Below, piece after piece: positions 51,500-64,000 of a stretch of DNA of 64,000 bases. The notes beneath the pieces were generated by a model that was not told the DNA's origin, made no database searches, and saw nothing but the letters and a program-made list of their open reading frames with translations. Positions within the stretch are counted from its first letter, which is position 1. Each line of letters starts with the position of its first letter. This stretch comes from Vicugna vicugna. Taxonomy: Eukaryota. Location of the stretch: the NCBI GenBank assembly GCA_013265495.1, contig MU058241.1:186001-250000 (forward strand), read 5' to 3'. Made by a program: the position numbers and the translations under genes.

Positions 51500-52900
51500 T
51501 TAAACTAAACTTTTCACTGTAAAATGAGACATGAGTACAGAAAGGCATGAAGAAGGGCATAAAGACTATGTATCTAGAAACATACATATAAAGATTATAT
51601 GGCAAGCACCCTCGTGAAGATTACGCATGCCGTAGAACAGAACATGAACACTCTAGGAGCCCTGTCCTGTGCCCCTCCCACAGTCATACCCCATCGCCTA
51701 CCTCTAGTACACACTGTTAACTTTTATAGTAACTGCTTCCTTGAATTTCTGTCTGGCTCTGTCCCCCAGATTTGCATCCCTACATGGTGGGTTTTGTCAA
51801 TATTTATAATGTGATGTCTTTTAAATTACTTTTAGTCTACAGTTTTCTCCATGCCTTTCTGTTGTTATTTTTTCTACAGTTTGTCTGTTGAGGAACCAGG
51901 GTTATTGGACCTGTTGAGTTTCCCAAAGTCTGGACTTTGCTGATTGCATACTTACGGTGAAGATCAATGTTTTCCTCCGTTCTCTGCATTTTCTTAAGCT
52001 GTCTGTAGCGGCTTGATCAGACCCATGTTCAGTCTGTTTGGTAAGACTGTATGTAAGTGATGTTGAGTTCCTTTCTCAGGAGCCACAATAATATCTGAGT
52101 TTCACTCATTTTTTGTAATGTTAGCGGCTGTTAACATGCTAGGTCTGTGAATTTATTGGAGGTTGCTAAATGGTGATATCTAACTCCATCATTTTGTTTC
52201 CACTTACTACTGTGATAACATTATAAGGAGTCACTTCTCCTCTACTCTTGAGTTGCCTAGTGGTATAATTCAGATAGGAAAGGCAGGATAAATGCTTAGT
52301 TTTTATCAGCTTTCAAGATCACAGATTGATTTCTTATAAATCAATTAATTTAAAAAATTTAATTGTGAACTGGTTTTAAATTGTAGTTTCCATCCTTATT
52401 GAAGTTCAAGTTGTCCCATCTGTGGTTGGTGACAGCCTCTTCATGTTGACTCCTGACTCATTTTGACATATCCCTCAAGTGACGGATCGGTTTCTTGATA
52501 GCAGCTGTGATAAGATCTTTGAGGTCATCTTGTACATTTTGTGTCCCAGGCTAGGAACTGGCCATTTCTCCACAATTCCTTGGGGTCTTTCACAGGGAAA
52601 TGATATTATAAGAACATGATCTTGGTGCTAGGAAGATTCATTGCTATTAGATAGTCACTTTTTCTAGACGTTACAGTGGACAGAACTGGAATTTTTACTT
52701 TTAAAGATAAATTACTGTGTGAGTTTTTAGTTTATGTTATTCTTTAACATTTCGATGTGAAAACTTTACCTCCTTTTTTCACCCCAATGATCCACATTCT
52801 CAAGAACCCCAGGAAGGATAGAATTAGAATAGATACAATTACCCATTTGCTTTATCTTACATCACACCACAGCGGTCTCAAATGATAATACTGTTGCTAC
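51500..52900 (-). mobile_element. Ancient L1 3' regions (L1ME then L1MC4/5-like)
   Basis: gagtttcccaaagtctggactttgctgattgcat; ggaaaggcaggataaatgctt; gaactggccatttctcca. Confidence 0.7.
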
Positions 52901-53034
52901 CACCACGTTCACTTAAGAGAGCTAGTTTTTTTGCACCTGCTCATCCTTTCTTCATTTTAAAGAAATAGTGGTACTATATTTACATTGTCCTTTGGTCTAT
53001 TTCCGGTTTGTAAATAAGACTTGTATCATTTAAA

Positions 53035-53172
53035 AAAAGAGTTCTCGTATAAGTGATATCATATGATATTTGTCCTCTCTCTGTCTGACTTACTTTCCTT
53101 CATATGATAATTTCTAGGTCCATCCATGTTGCTGCAAATGCTATTATTTCATTCTTTTTCATGGCTGAGTAA
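53035..53172 (-). mobile_element. L1 ORF2-end fragment
   Basis: tataagtgatatcatatgatatttgtc..ctaggtccatccatgttgctgcaaatg. Confidence 0.85.
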
Positions 53173-54871
53173 TCAGATGCTGATTCTTAAGCCTTGTAGT
53201 TTAGCAATCATGGCTATGTGGTGTCACCAGAGTTCGTTATCAGTATGGTGCATGCACTCTTGGTTTTGCTGTCTGGTTGGTCTGCCCCTTTTTATGTGGT
53301 GATTTGGGGACAGTTAGTAATTATGCCATTGCTATAGCTATTTCTTCCCCGAATCTGATTGGGACATTACTAAACGGTGACCATCCATAAATTTCATGAA
53401 CATGGCAAGTCACAAGCCTTAACAAAAGTTCAGACTTCATCAGACAGGCATTGCAATGCATTGTTATAACCTAGTAAAGTTAAGCCCTGAACACAGACCG
53501 TTGTGTGGCCCAGGTAGGACTAGCCAGAACAGGCCATGAGCTCAGTGTTTGTGCAAATGAGTTTGCAAGAGGGGGCACAGGTGATGTGTGTAGGGGCACT
53601 CAAGGCATCAACAAACACCACACTTAAAGAAAGAAACGATCCTTAGGCACCATCTGCGCTCAGCATTGTCCTAGGAGCTGGGGAAAGCCGGATGAAGAGC
53701 TCACGGTCCATGCCTTTCCACGTGCTCTCAGTCTGAGGGAAGAACAGCGTTCGGAGCCAGGAGGTTTCATGCACATGAAGCCATGAGAGGAATAAACTGT
53801 TCCTTTTCCTCCAGATTGAAAGAGAGAAAAACATCAACCGAGATTCTTTTGCTAGCAATTTAATTAAATCCTTACTGGAACGGAGTTTTACAGTGTTTCT
53901 CTTTGTGTGATGAAAGGTGCAGGATTTAAGGGACTTATAGCCCAGAAACTGACCCCCTTTTAATTTCTAGCAAGCCGAAGGAGATGTGAAGGGGAGGGAC
54001 TGAGCACTGGCTTGTAAAACAAGTGCTGATGAATGATTGTTCCTCTCACCATTGCTGTAGACCCTATTGTTTCAGAAGACTAAATATGCTTGTGCGCATG
54101 TGTGCATGTGTACAAAGAGGTGTGTTTGTGTGTCTGTGTGGGGAGGTATTTGGTGCCACAGCATAATAATTATCCACAGAAAAATCTGGGAAAATGAGGA
54201 GCCCTGGATATACCCTACATCGATGGGGAGATTGAGGATCGCAGGTGCCCTTTTGGGGTATTTTTATGTGGAAATGGAATGAACTAAAGTTTGTTTAGAG
54301 GATCTGCTTGCTGTCATTTTAGAGCAGACTTGGTGAGAGCTCTGTGGGCAATCCTTTGGGTGTGACTTGTGGACAACTGAGATTAGGGACCATGGATCAG
54401 AGCGTAGAAAATCTCTCACTTGGTCTTGTGACATGGGTATTTAGAGTCTGTCCCCTTAGCTAGGGAAGACGACAACATTTAAAACAAATAGATCCCCACA
54501 GACCTGCTTGGCAGTGAAAAATGTTCATTTGGAAACGTTTTCAAGTGGTCCAATCTTCTTAGTTAGTGAAGAGTTATTGCCTCACTTCTGTTATGCTTTG
54601 GACTCTACTCATGCTGTCAAGGTAGAAACGTTCAAGAAGAGGTGGCATGAGGGTGGAAGGGGGTGAGGGACAGGAAGAGAAGGGACGTGATGCATGATGC
54701 TAAGGGAAAAGACCCCAGCAGACTCCTTTCTATGGCTGGTTTAAGTGCGACATAGAAGGATTAACCAAAACACAGCTTTATTTTGGGAATGAGATTCTCT
54801 GTTACCTAATTAGCCAGGTCATACACCATCTGTTTTTGTGAAGCTTGTTGCATTAAAAATCAGCCAGTTTT

Positions 54872-55063
54872 AAAAAAATTGAAGTGTAGTTGATTTACAA
54901 TATTGTGTTAGTTTCAGGTGCACAGCATAGTGATTCAGTTACACACATATGTATTCTTCTTCATATCCTTGTTTATTATAGGTTATTATAAGCCCTTGAA
55001 TGTAGTTTCCTTTGCGATACATTAGGACTTTGTTGTTTATCTGTTTTATATATAGCAGTTTGC
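54872..55063 (-). mobile_element. Short cetartiodactyl-type L1 3' end with TSD
   Basis: ttgaagtgtagttgatttacaatattgtgttagtttcaggtg; TSD cagccagtttt 54861-54871 / 55064-55074. Confidence 0.88.
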
Positions 55064-55432
55064 CAGCCAGTTTTTTTTTAAACTCTTTAACCTGTTTCAG
55101 GGGAACAAACATCAGAGTAGAACATTTAGGAAGAACATAGCTTTTCAAAAAGTTAATGCTTTAGGTTTGGGAAACTGGGGTGCACTTTAGAGAAACAGCC
55201 TGAATGTAGCAGTACAAAACAAATAAAGTAAGAAACACTCCCTGAAATAGATACAGCCTTATTTGCTTCTTTACAGATTTGAAAATTGTCCCTGCAGTCT
55301 TTCCCAGTAGGGCAAAAGATAAATGTAGGTGGTATTTAGGTGTGGCTGAAGTGGAAGATTTGATATGATCAATACGTTGACAGCAAGTGCAAACACTTTA
55401 TAGGATTGTTTTGGATTTTTACGTTTATTGCA

Positions 55433-55434
<2 letters not shown>

Positions 55435-55464
<30 letters not shown>
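55435..55464. repeat. (GT)15 microsatellite
   Basis: Perfect GT run. Confidence 0.95.
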
Positions 55465-55465
<1 letters not shown>

Positions 55466-58147
55466 GCCCTAGGCTTGCAAATTCTGCGGGAATCAAGGCA
55501 TAGGAAATAACTGGAAAAATACGTGAGAAGACTCATCATTATAGATGTCATACTTTGGGCAGGGTTTTAATAATGAAGTGTTCTGTGTAGGTGGAAACTG
55601 TCATTCTAGTGTCCGGAGCTGTTTTCAGGAACATGTGGCTGTGTAGTCCCTGAGGCAGTAGGAAACATCTGTTCTGTACACACGAGAGAGAGAGAGGCAG
55701 AGGTGGTGATATTCAAAGTGCACATGTCTTGTGTCTTCTGTATGAAAGAACAGTACCCGTAAGTTTTCCATAGAAATAATTTTCAAACTGTTTTTCCGGA
55801 CACCTATTCTATGCCAGGGACTGTACTGTATTCTTGGCTTCCTTTGATCTGTTCCCTCACAAGCACTCTGAGGATTTTTGAAGAAGGGATTCTGGGAAGG
55901 ATGCTGCCTTATAGTGAGAGAGAATCGTATTCCCTCAAATGATGCTCCAGCCTTCATTTGGAAATGATGTTTCCAGAGCGAAAAAAGAAGATTGTACCAT
56001 AGGCAGTATTTTGTGCACTTGTTGGGAACAACACATCACTGTCCTGGAAATTTTCCTTTGTGAGAGGCCCCGTGACTTTTACCCATAACTAGGCATTACT
56101 GCTCAGTTATGTCCAACTAATTATGTGGAATCCAGTCCACACTCAAACACTATAGAATTACCTCGGTGTAATTACACAGCACGATATTCTGGAAAACATG
56201 AGTTAAAGGGAGAAATGTTTTATAATGGCAGCAGAGTGAGGGAGAGACATTTTCTGACCAGCTATACAGAAGTCAGGCATCAAATTCTAAGAATTAAGAA
56301 ATGTTTGGCTAATGTTCATTCTTCTTTCTAGCACTTGGGGAGGTTGTAGAAAAGTCACACTTTAAAATGCTACTAGGGTAAATACATTGAGTTTAAAACC
56401 ATTCTGTTGTGATCTAACTGAAAATGTTACCAGACTCTGGGGAAGTCTGCTAAATTCAGTTTAAAATATGTGAAGTCCAGCAAGACCGTCTTTTTAGGGA
56501 GGCAGGGCAAGGTGATGTCCTGGACTCTCTCCCACTAGAGTTTGATTTCAGTATTTTTGCTAAAATGCCTCATATTTTGTTTCTGTTAAAGAGCTTTCAA
56601 TAAAGCTCCCTGTGAGAAGCCTAAAGCTGATTTTAAGAGTTGAAGTTAACTTATTGGAGATAGTGGTTATTATGGCTTGGTGGTGGCTGCGAGGACCCTT
56701 TCCCCGCTGTCTCAGATTCCGTCTTCTTTGCCTTCACTCTGCCTTTGATCTTTTTGGGGAGCTTTGAAGCTGCCATCATCTTTGATTTTGATGTGCTGTT
56801 CCTGAGTCATTGTTTGATTCCTTGGAAGAGGCAAAAAGGCTTATGTTCTTCCGTGCCTGTTTTCTTTTCTTTTGGAAAGTTTACATGCAGTTGTCTTAAT
56901 GCTGATCCCTTCTGCACAGCGTGGGCAAAGCTCACTTTGAAGGTACTGGGTGCCCCATGTGTGGGGGGATTAACAGATGGGTGGGAGAAATTGGGCCCAT
57001 ATGATTCTTTCTCCACAGTTGTGATCTGTCTCTGCTTGTCTTGCTGTCTTTCTCTGTCTCTGTTTCTTTCTATCTCCCTCTCCCTCCCTTCCTTCTTCCT
57101 TCCTTTCATCCCTCTCTTCCTCAATTCTTAAAATTTTTTTACCATTAAAAAATCCCAATCAACTTTAAAAAAATGCAGGCATCAATGACCATGGTATCTT
57201 AGTAAGCGTATACATGTTATCCTTGGGTAGAAGACCTATGTGAGAGATTAAAACCTGTTTTGGAAAGAGCTTCTTACAAAATCAGGTAAGTTCGCACTTG
57301 GGGCATGGGCAGCTCCATGGAACATTGATTTCATTTTTGGAGCAGCAGAAGGTATAACATTTGTTCAGAACAGTGTTCTGGGGCAAATCATATTCCCTCA
57401 AACATAATTTAAAAAAAAATCTGACAGTCCATGTGAGTTAGGAGGATAAACCGTGGTAACATTGCTGGCCTACGAGGAGTAGCCCATGTGTCCAGCACCT
57501 GTTCCTCAGGACACTGATTGGTTGATTGATCGAGCATCCTGAAGGGTGGGTTATGCGTGAGTAGGGACCAGCTGGCCCTGTCCTCAATGTGTGTGCACTT
57601 CTGAGTGACACTATGATGGTGGGACCTCTGGTTGACGCTCAGGAGTGTGTCCATGGAGGCTGTTTAGATTCTTCTGGTTAAAACCACCACTTTCCTCTCC
57701 CCCTTGAATAGAACTTTCAGAAGTCATATTTCCATGAATAAGGCCTTTCTCAGTGGTAAACATCTGGGGGAGAAGGTGTTCTTCTTGGAAGTAGAGAAGG
57801 AGCTGAGGTCAAGTCTAGAGTGGTACCCTGTCCTTTCCAGTGTGTGGATGTGAGTGACAGGATGGCCAGGAGCTGGGACTTCATAGAGAGATGGCGGGGA
57901 TCTAGAGAGTGGGGACCTTAGAAAAAGTAGGCTGATTGTGATACCTTTTAGCCCTAGAGGGCACGTATTTGAAACTGGTGTTTGGAGAAGGGCAGGGGTG
58001 AGGAAGGGGAAGTGACATGATAGGCCAGGTCTGTGAGTCCTAGGAAGTAGTCAGCCATTTCCCCTCTCAGCTTCTTTGCTTCCCTGAAAGAATTGTAATT
58101 TATTCTCTCTTAGGATTAAAGTAACAATATTCTGTATATTATGGGAC

Positions 58148-58690
58148 AGAGTGGTCCACTTATTGTCTCTATAAAGGTCCAGGTAGGAGATATTTTAGGC
58201 TTTGCAGGCTGTAAGATCTCTGTGGCAACCCCTCAGCCATGGCAGCCAGGGCATCCATAGAGGATCCATGGCACATGGATGTGACCTCAACCATGGCAGC
58301 ACTAGGCATCCATAGAGGGTCCATGGTACATGGATGTGACCTCAACCATGGCAGCACTAGGCACCCATAGAGGGTCCATGGCACATGGAAGTGACCTCAA
58401 CCATGGCAGCACTAGGTATCCATAAAGGGTCCGTGGTACATGGATGTGACCTCAACCATGGCAGCACTAGGCACCCATAGAGGGTCCATGGCACATGGAT
58501 ATAACCTCAACTATAGCAGCACTAAGCATCCATAGAAGCTCCATGGTACATGGATGTAGTCTCAACCATGGCAGCTCTAGGTATCCAATCCACAGAGGGT
58601 ACATGGCACATGGGTGTGGCTGGTGCCCATAAAACTTCCTTTACCAAAACAGGTCACATGTGGCCTGAGGGTCCTAGTTTGTCGACCCAC
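58148..58690 (+). mobile_element. MER58A MITE internally expanded by a minisatellite
   Basis: Left part tataaaggtccaggtaggagatattttaggctttgcagg..tctctgtggcaac; right part tgggtgtggctggtgcccataaaactt..tagtttgtcgaccc. Confidence 0.8.
58231..58618. repeat. 55-bp minisatellite, 7 copies
   Basis: Unit cctcaaccatggcagcactaggcatccatagagggtccatggYacatggatgtga starts at 58231, 58285, 58340, 58395, 58450, 58505, 58560. Confidence 0.95.
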
Positions 58691-58904
58691 ACTGAAGGCA
58701 ACCATGCTTGGAGGCCATGGGATTTTTGTTCAGAGTAGTGACTATAATGATAATAATAATAATTTTAATAATAATAATTGTAAGGATAATAACTATTGAA
58801 ATCACAATACGATTATCTTACTGTTACAGTAATGTTATTACTGTAATAACCCTTATTATGCCAATCACATGCCAGGTACTCTTCTAAGCATTTGACATTC
58901 ATTT

Positions 58905-59500
58905 TTTACAGAGTTGCACAACCATCACCCTAATCTAATTTTACAACAGTTTTATAACCCCCAGAAGAATCCTTGTACCCATTAGCAATCACCTCTCATT
59001 TCCCCATTTCTCCAGGCCCCTGGCAATTCCTAAACTATTTTATGTCTCTCTGGATTTTCCTGTTCTGCACATTCACATAAAAGGAACCATACAATATATG
59101 GTCTTTTGTGTCTGGCATCTTTCACTTAGCATAATCTTTTCAAGGTTCATCCATGTTGTAGCATGTATTAGTAATCTATTCTTTTTTTTATTAGCAAATA
59201 ACATTTCACTATGTGGATAGACCACACTTTGTTTATCCATTCGTCAGCTGATGGTTTTTTAAGCTGTTTCCACTTTTTGGCTATTATGAATAATGCACCT
59301 TTGATCATTTGTGTACAAGCTTTTGTGTGGACATATGTTTTCATTTCTCTTGGGCATGTGCTCAGAAGTGGAACTGTTGGGTCATATATAAACACCGCGT
59401 TTAAGTTCTTGAGGAACTTCAAGACTCTCTTCCAAGTAGCTACACTGTTTTACTTTCCTGCCAATAGCAATATAGAAAGCAACAATTTCTCTGCATCTTT
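58905..59500 (-). mobile_element. L1MB-type 3' end
   Basis: Residual peptide YDPTVPLLSTCPREMKTYVHTKACTQMIKGALFIIAKKWKQ (ORF 59168-59422). Confidence 0.88.
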
Positions 59501-62255
59501 GCTGGTGGTGAGGTGCCCTTTGGTTTCAGAATATGTGTGAGATGACTGAGCCAGAGGGGGAAATGCAATCAAATGTTTATGTTCCTCAGTAAAGAAATGA
59601 GTCACTTTTGTATACAGAATAACACTTTGCATTGGGACCTGGGTCACACATATGTTTAAGGTGAACCCTGACCTCTCGTCATCTCGAGCTCTTTTGTATT
59701 CTGTATAAATGTAAGCTCAGCCTAAGATGATTAGAATTATGTTCCTTCAAAAGCTTTTTGGACATCTTTTTGGGGAGTTTAAGCCTTTTTTTCATTTGTA
59801 TCGTTTTATGTAATTGCAGTTAGAATAAGACAAAACGCAGTTTCTTAATTATTAAGACCTAAGAACTAATTTAATAAAGCAACAATTATGGCCACTTTTT
59901 ACTGGAAACTAAATGTGACCTAGTGAGCAAGAGTAAGAAAAACATCAGTAGTCAGGAGTGCTGAGATCTGCCTGCAGCTCTGCCTCCAAAATTGTATAGT
60001 TCTGGCTAAGTTGGTGCCTTTACTGCCTCCACTTCCCATCTCTAAGTGGGGTACCAGCCTCTTCTGTTTCTTCCCTTGCAGAACTGCTGGCTGGAGCATG
60101 ATGGGGAGGCAGTGTCCGTGGATGCACTTTGGAAGAGGTGCATGAGTGTGAGAGTGGGCTGCAAAGTTACACTGGAGTGAATGACTGATCAGTAGAGTGA
60201 ATAGCAACTGTGTGAGTTGCTGCAAATCATCTAACCAGCCACCACTTTCTGCTCTTCCATGCTCACCCTTCTCTTGAGCCCTTGTTGCTCTTTTGACATA
60301 GCCACATACAAGAGGCTGGTGTCCCCAGAAAGAAGAGGAAATGGCTTTCGGGAAGAGCCAGCCAGTGGTGACTGCAGAGACAGATGTGGGTGGAAGGGTT
60401 GAAGTTGGCTAGGAAGTCTTCTGCACCGCCAGATCACACAGAAGCTCGTCTGTAACAGCTTTAGAGTGATGGACAAGTGTGGATGCTTTGGGCAAAGGCG
60501 TGATTTGGTCCTTAAACTGTGATGGAGGCTGTCTGAGCCACAGTGGGCAGGAGGGAGGGGAAATTCTTAAATTCTTTAGTTGGTGATAGAATTGTGTGTA
60601 ATTTTGGATGTCTCCTTTCTTTTGATGCTAATATAATCACATCATGTCACAGCAAGTGAGACTAGCCTGGTGTTTCACTCCTCTCCCACAACACCATCCT
60701 TTTCCTTTGCTGTATGAATGTTACATGGAGCATCAGGTTACAGAGAGACAAAAACAGACAGGCAGTCCTCTTTTGTCTGTGGCACCAAACCTGCAGGATA
60801 TGTGCAACTGATAGAGTAATTAACGTTTTCACTTTTCTTTGGGATTCTGTGTATGAGGAATTTAGCCGTGATGGATTTATACGAAAATGTGAGCTCCTGC
60901 AACTCAAATGCCTCAAACACTTGCTTTCGTTTGAAAACTGCATAGTGAAGGAGATAACTTTCTGAAAAGATGAGAACTATTGGGGACGTTTGTAACTAAC
61001 CCAAAGACTTCAAGTCTAGTGTTCAGGAATAATTTTATGTATTTTATAAAACAAATGAAAAGAGAAGTGTAATCATATTCAGCAATAATGCTTCAAAAGT
61101 TTGACTTAAGTGAAATTAAGACAAATCACCATAATTCTCTATTTAAATACCAACATAGTTCAGGGATTTTCTAAAGTCAAATTTATATTGTCGATATAAA
61201 TGTAGATCAAGATGGGAAATGTTTCTAAGGGCCATTCCTAGAATTTAATGGAATGTCATTGACATTTTTTAGGCCATTTATTCACATTTATGCTTACTGA
61301 TAATCATTATGTCTTAATCATGTCTTGTGTGATAAGCCATTTAATGACTTCTACTCAAACATGTCTTGATTAATTGCTGCCAAGTGACCCAAAGTCACTG
61401 ATTTTCATCAGCCATTTTATCTTCTTTACAGAAAAAGAGAAAAATATTCCTAACACTTTGGAAGGCTATTTAAAATTTGATTCAAGTCTAAAAGCCAGCC
61501 AAGTAATACATGGAGTTTCTCAAGTGGTTCAAATAGTATTATTAATTTGCATTTTTAGAATTATCAATTAAATTATTAAAAATTGGAAATTTAAAGTTTG
61601 ACTATACAATATGGACACTTAAGATTTAATTTTTTATTCATAGATGCACTTTTATTACAAACAATAACAAATTATTACTGAAAATAACTGGCATTTTCCC
61701 AAAAGATTGTATCAGTTAATCCTTTGCCTGTTTTATATAGATTCTCTTTAACTTTTTGTTTGCAAAATCTTGACTTTCATCTTAAAATACACGGTAGTCA
61801 ATTCTACTACACTATTAGATTTCATTTTAATCAATAAAAACAACTAATTTGATGTCTGTCGTCCTCCTACTCCTACTTGCTGAGTTGTCTCAGCCAATGG
61901 AAACAGATGAATCATTTTGACCAAAAATCTTATCAGCAGTGAATTGAAATTTTCCCTTTGGTCACATCAGGTAAATATTTTTGAGCTCTTGCCTGTGCCT
62001 AGTGCTAAATGAGGTGAGATGAGGAAAAAAATGATTCTGAAGTGGATTTTTTAAAAAATATGGAATGATAGGATGATAATATGCACTGTGCAGAAGTGCT
62101 CAATTGTGCAACTTGACCTCTCAGATTAGAATATGATGTTGCAGTTTAGTTACGTAGGGATGGAGAAATAAGTATGAGTCAGTGTTATCAGGGAGGATTT
62201 GATGCAGTAGAGGCATTTCCAGGGATTTTCAACGAGTGTATACATTTGTCTAACA

Positions 62256-62474
62256 CAGTAGTTTTCAACTAAGGGCCATTTTACCATCCGGTGGCTATTC
62301 AACAATGCCTGGAGACAGCTTTGGTTGTCACAACTGGGAGGGGTGCTACTGGCATCTGGTGGGTAGAGGCTAGGGGTGCTGCTAAACATCCTGCGATACA
62401 CAGGACAGCCTCTTTCCCCTCCACAAAGAATTATCCTGCTGAAATGTCAACATTGCTGAGGGTGAGGAACCCTA
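62256..62474 (+). mobile_element. MER20 hAT MITE, full length
   Basis: cagtagttttcaac..caatgcctggagacagctttggttgtcacaactggg..gtgctactggcatctggtgggtagaggc..tgctgagggtgaggaaccct. Confidence 0.9.
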
Positions 62475-62699
62475 GGTTTGGTGGAAGGAAAGAAAGTAGA
62501 GGTTCTAGGTAGGAGAAAAAATGTGAAATTGGGAAAAAAAGTGATCCTGGAGGGCCAGTGGGGAGGCTTCCTGGTTATCAGGAAGGATGTGGGGAAAGTG
62601 GAGGAGAGTAATATTGGAAAGGAGATGCACCAATAGGAGAGACATTTACGTTTGTTTTTCAAGGTAATTTTGACTTTAGTTTTGGCAATATTATTGACT

Positions 62700-63860
62700 A
62701 GATATGCAAAAATGTCTTATTTTAAAAACCCACCTGAATAGGGTGGACAAATACATAACAAATATCTTTCTAAAAGCAGGGCTTAGCTGACAAGAAATGC
62801 TTAGGGTTCAAAACAAATGAAACAGCTAAAATGCAAAGAGACAGGGGAGGTGCTGAAGAGGACAGCTGCCCTGTAAGCACCTGGTGATAATTGGTAGTCA
62901 GGATCTTTGGTTCAATGAGCTGCTTGGGGCCATGCAGCAAAACCTAGCGTCATCAAGGTCAGAGGTGGACTGGAGACCACAGCATAAAGCCAGGACCCCT
63001 GAAAATAGAGACCCTCAGTGGAAGGATGAGCTAAAGCCAACCAACCAACCAAAACCCTCATACCACAAAGGGACACTTTAAGAACTAGCCTTCCTTCTTA
63101 GTGGAGGGAAAGCAATCTTCCCAGAAACTGTAATAAGAAGGCAGCCCTCAATGGGGGGCCAGAATTTGCAACTTTGTTTTGTGGTCCGAAGAAAACTAAA
63201 GCCAAGAGTTTAGTTCAAAATCAGCCTGAATCATTAGCACCTCTAGGCACCTGGCAGAAGCCAAATGCAAATCACCTTTAGAGGTATGCACTTTAGACCC
63301 AACTTCAAAGGCTGCCTGTGAAGTTCCAAGGAAGATGAATTCACAGAGAAAACCCACAAAACACCAGTAATAAACTGCCGTGAGTGAGAGCTGGCCAAAG
63401 TCAGAAACAGCAAAGTCAGACATGTGAAGTTTTCAGGTACGGGAATAATCACACTGTAAGTTTAGTGAACTGAATAAACATAAAAAAGAATCAATAAGGA
63501 AGAAGAGGTTAATTGAATAAATATAAAAAGGAATCGATAAAGAAGGAGAGGCAGATATGAAAAATAACCAAATATATATTTGAGATATGAAAGAAAACAA
63601 CTTAAAATGAAAACATCAAATGTAGAGTAAATAGAAGATTAGACACAGCTGAAGGGAGAATGAATGAGCTGAAAGGCAGGACTTTAAGAAATCACTGAGG
63701 TGGCAGCTTGGAGAATTAAATAAATGGAAAATATGGATGTGATGTTAAAAGACAAGGAAGGTAAATTAAGACGGTTATATCATAAATTTATTTAGAGTTC
63801 CAGAAAGAGAATAGAGAGAACAAGGGAAAAACATGCCAAAAAAGGAATTGATGAAACACA
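62700..63860 (+). mobile_element. Ancient L1M 5' end + degraded ORF1
   Basis: cctggcagaagccaaatgcaaatc motif; ORF1-like NRRLDTAEGRMNELKGR and VPERE remnants. Confidence 0.7.
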
Positions 63861-64000
63861 TAGCTGATTGAATATGCGGGGCAAAGAAGATGATAATTCA
63901 AAAATTCTGAGACTGAGAGAACTTCTCTATTAACAAGTGGGGAATTGTGAAGGGAAACTCTTTTGGAGGCCTGTGGAAAGTTTGGCCTTGAAACGCTGAG

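Noticed and set aside
57231..57285. Possible 55-nt exon ending at strong donor CAG|GTAAGT (peptide EDLCERLKPVLERASYKI)
   Set aside because: Weak acceptor, peptide not recognised, no supporting neighbouring exons
58231..58618. CRISPR-like regular repeat array
   Set aside because: Units are contiguous near-identical 55-mers with no unique spacers; no cas genes; mammalian DNA

Overview
Mammalian genomic DNA, almost certainly camelid (four copies of the tRNA-Ala-derived vic-1-type SINE). I can support no host protein-coding exon. The window is dominated by interspersed repeats (L1, L2, MIR, MaLR/ERVL LTRs, hAT MITEs). Most L1/SINE inserts lie on the minus strand, which suggests a long intron of a plus-strand gene (inference). 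Main finding: positions ~1-900 (minus strand) hold a frameshifted, stop-interrupted relic that aligns motif by motif and in order with bornavirus nucleoprotein, i.e. a candidate endogenous bornavirus-like N (EBLN) element that runs off the left edge. That alignment was made by eye against the BoDV-1 N sequence as I recall it and needs a database search. Other points: a young 5'-truncated L1 with perfect TSDs whose TSD supplies an in-frame ATG to an uninterrupted ORF2 fragment; a twin-primed 5'-inverted L1; two inverted MER5-type copies about 85% identical; and a 55-bp minisatellite with 110-bp higher-order periodicity inside a MER58A. Repeat subfamily names and most repeat boundaries are by-eye estimates.
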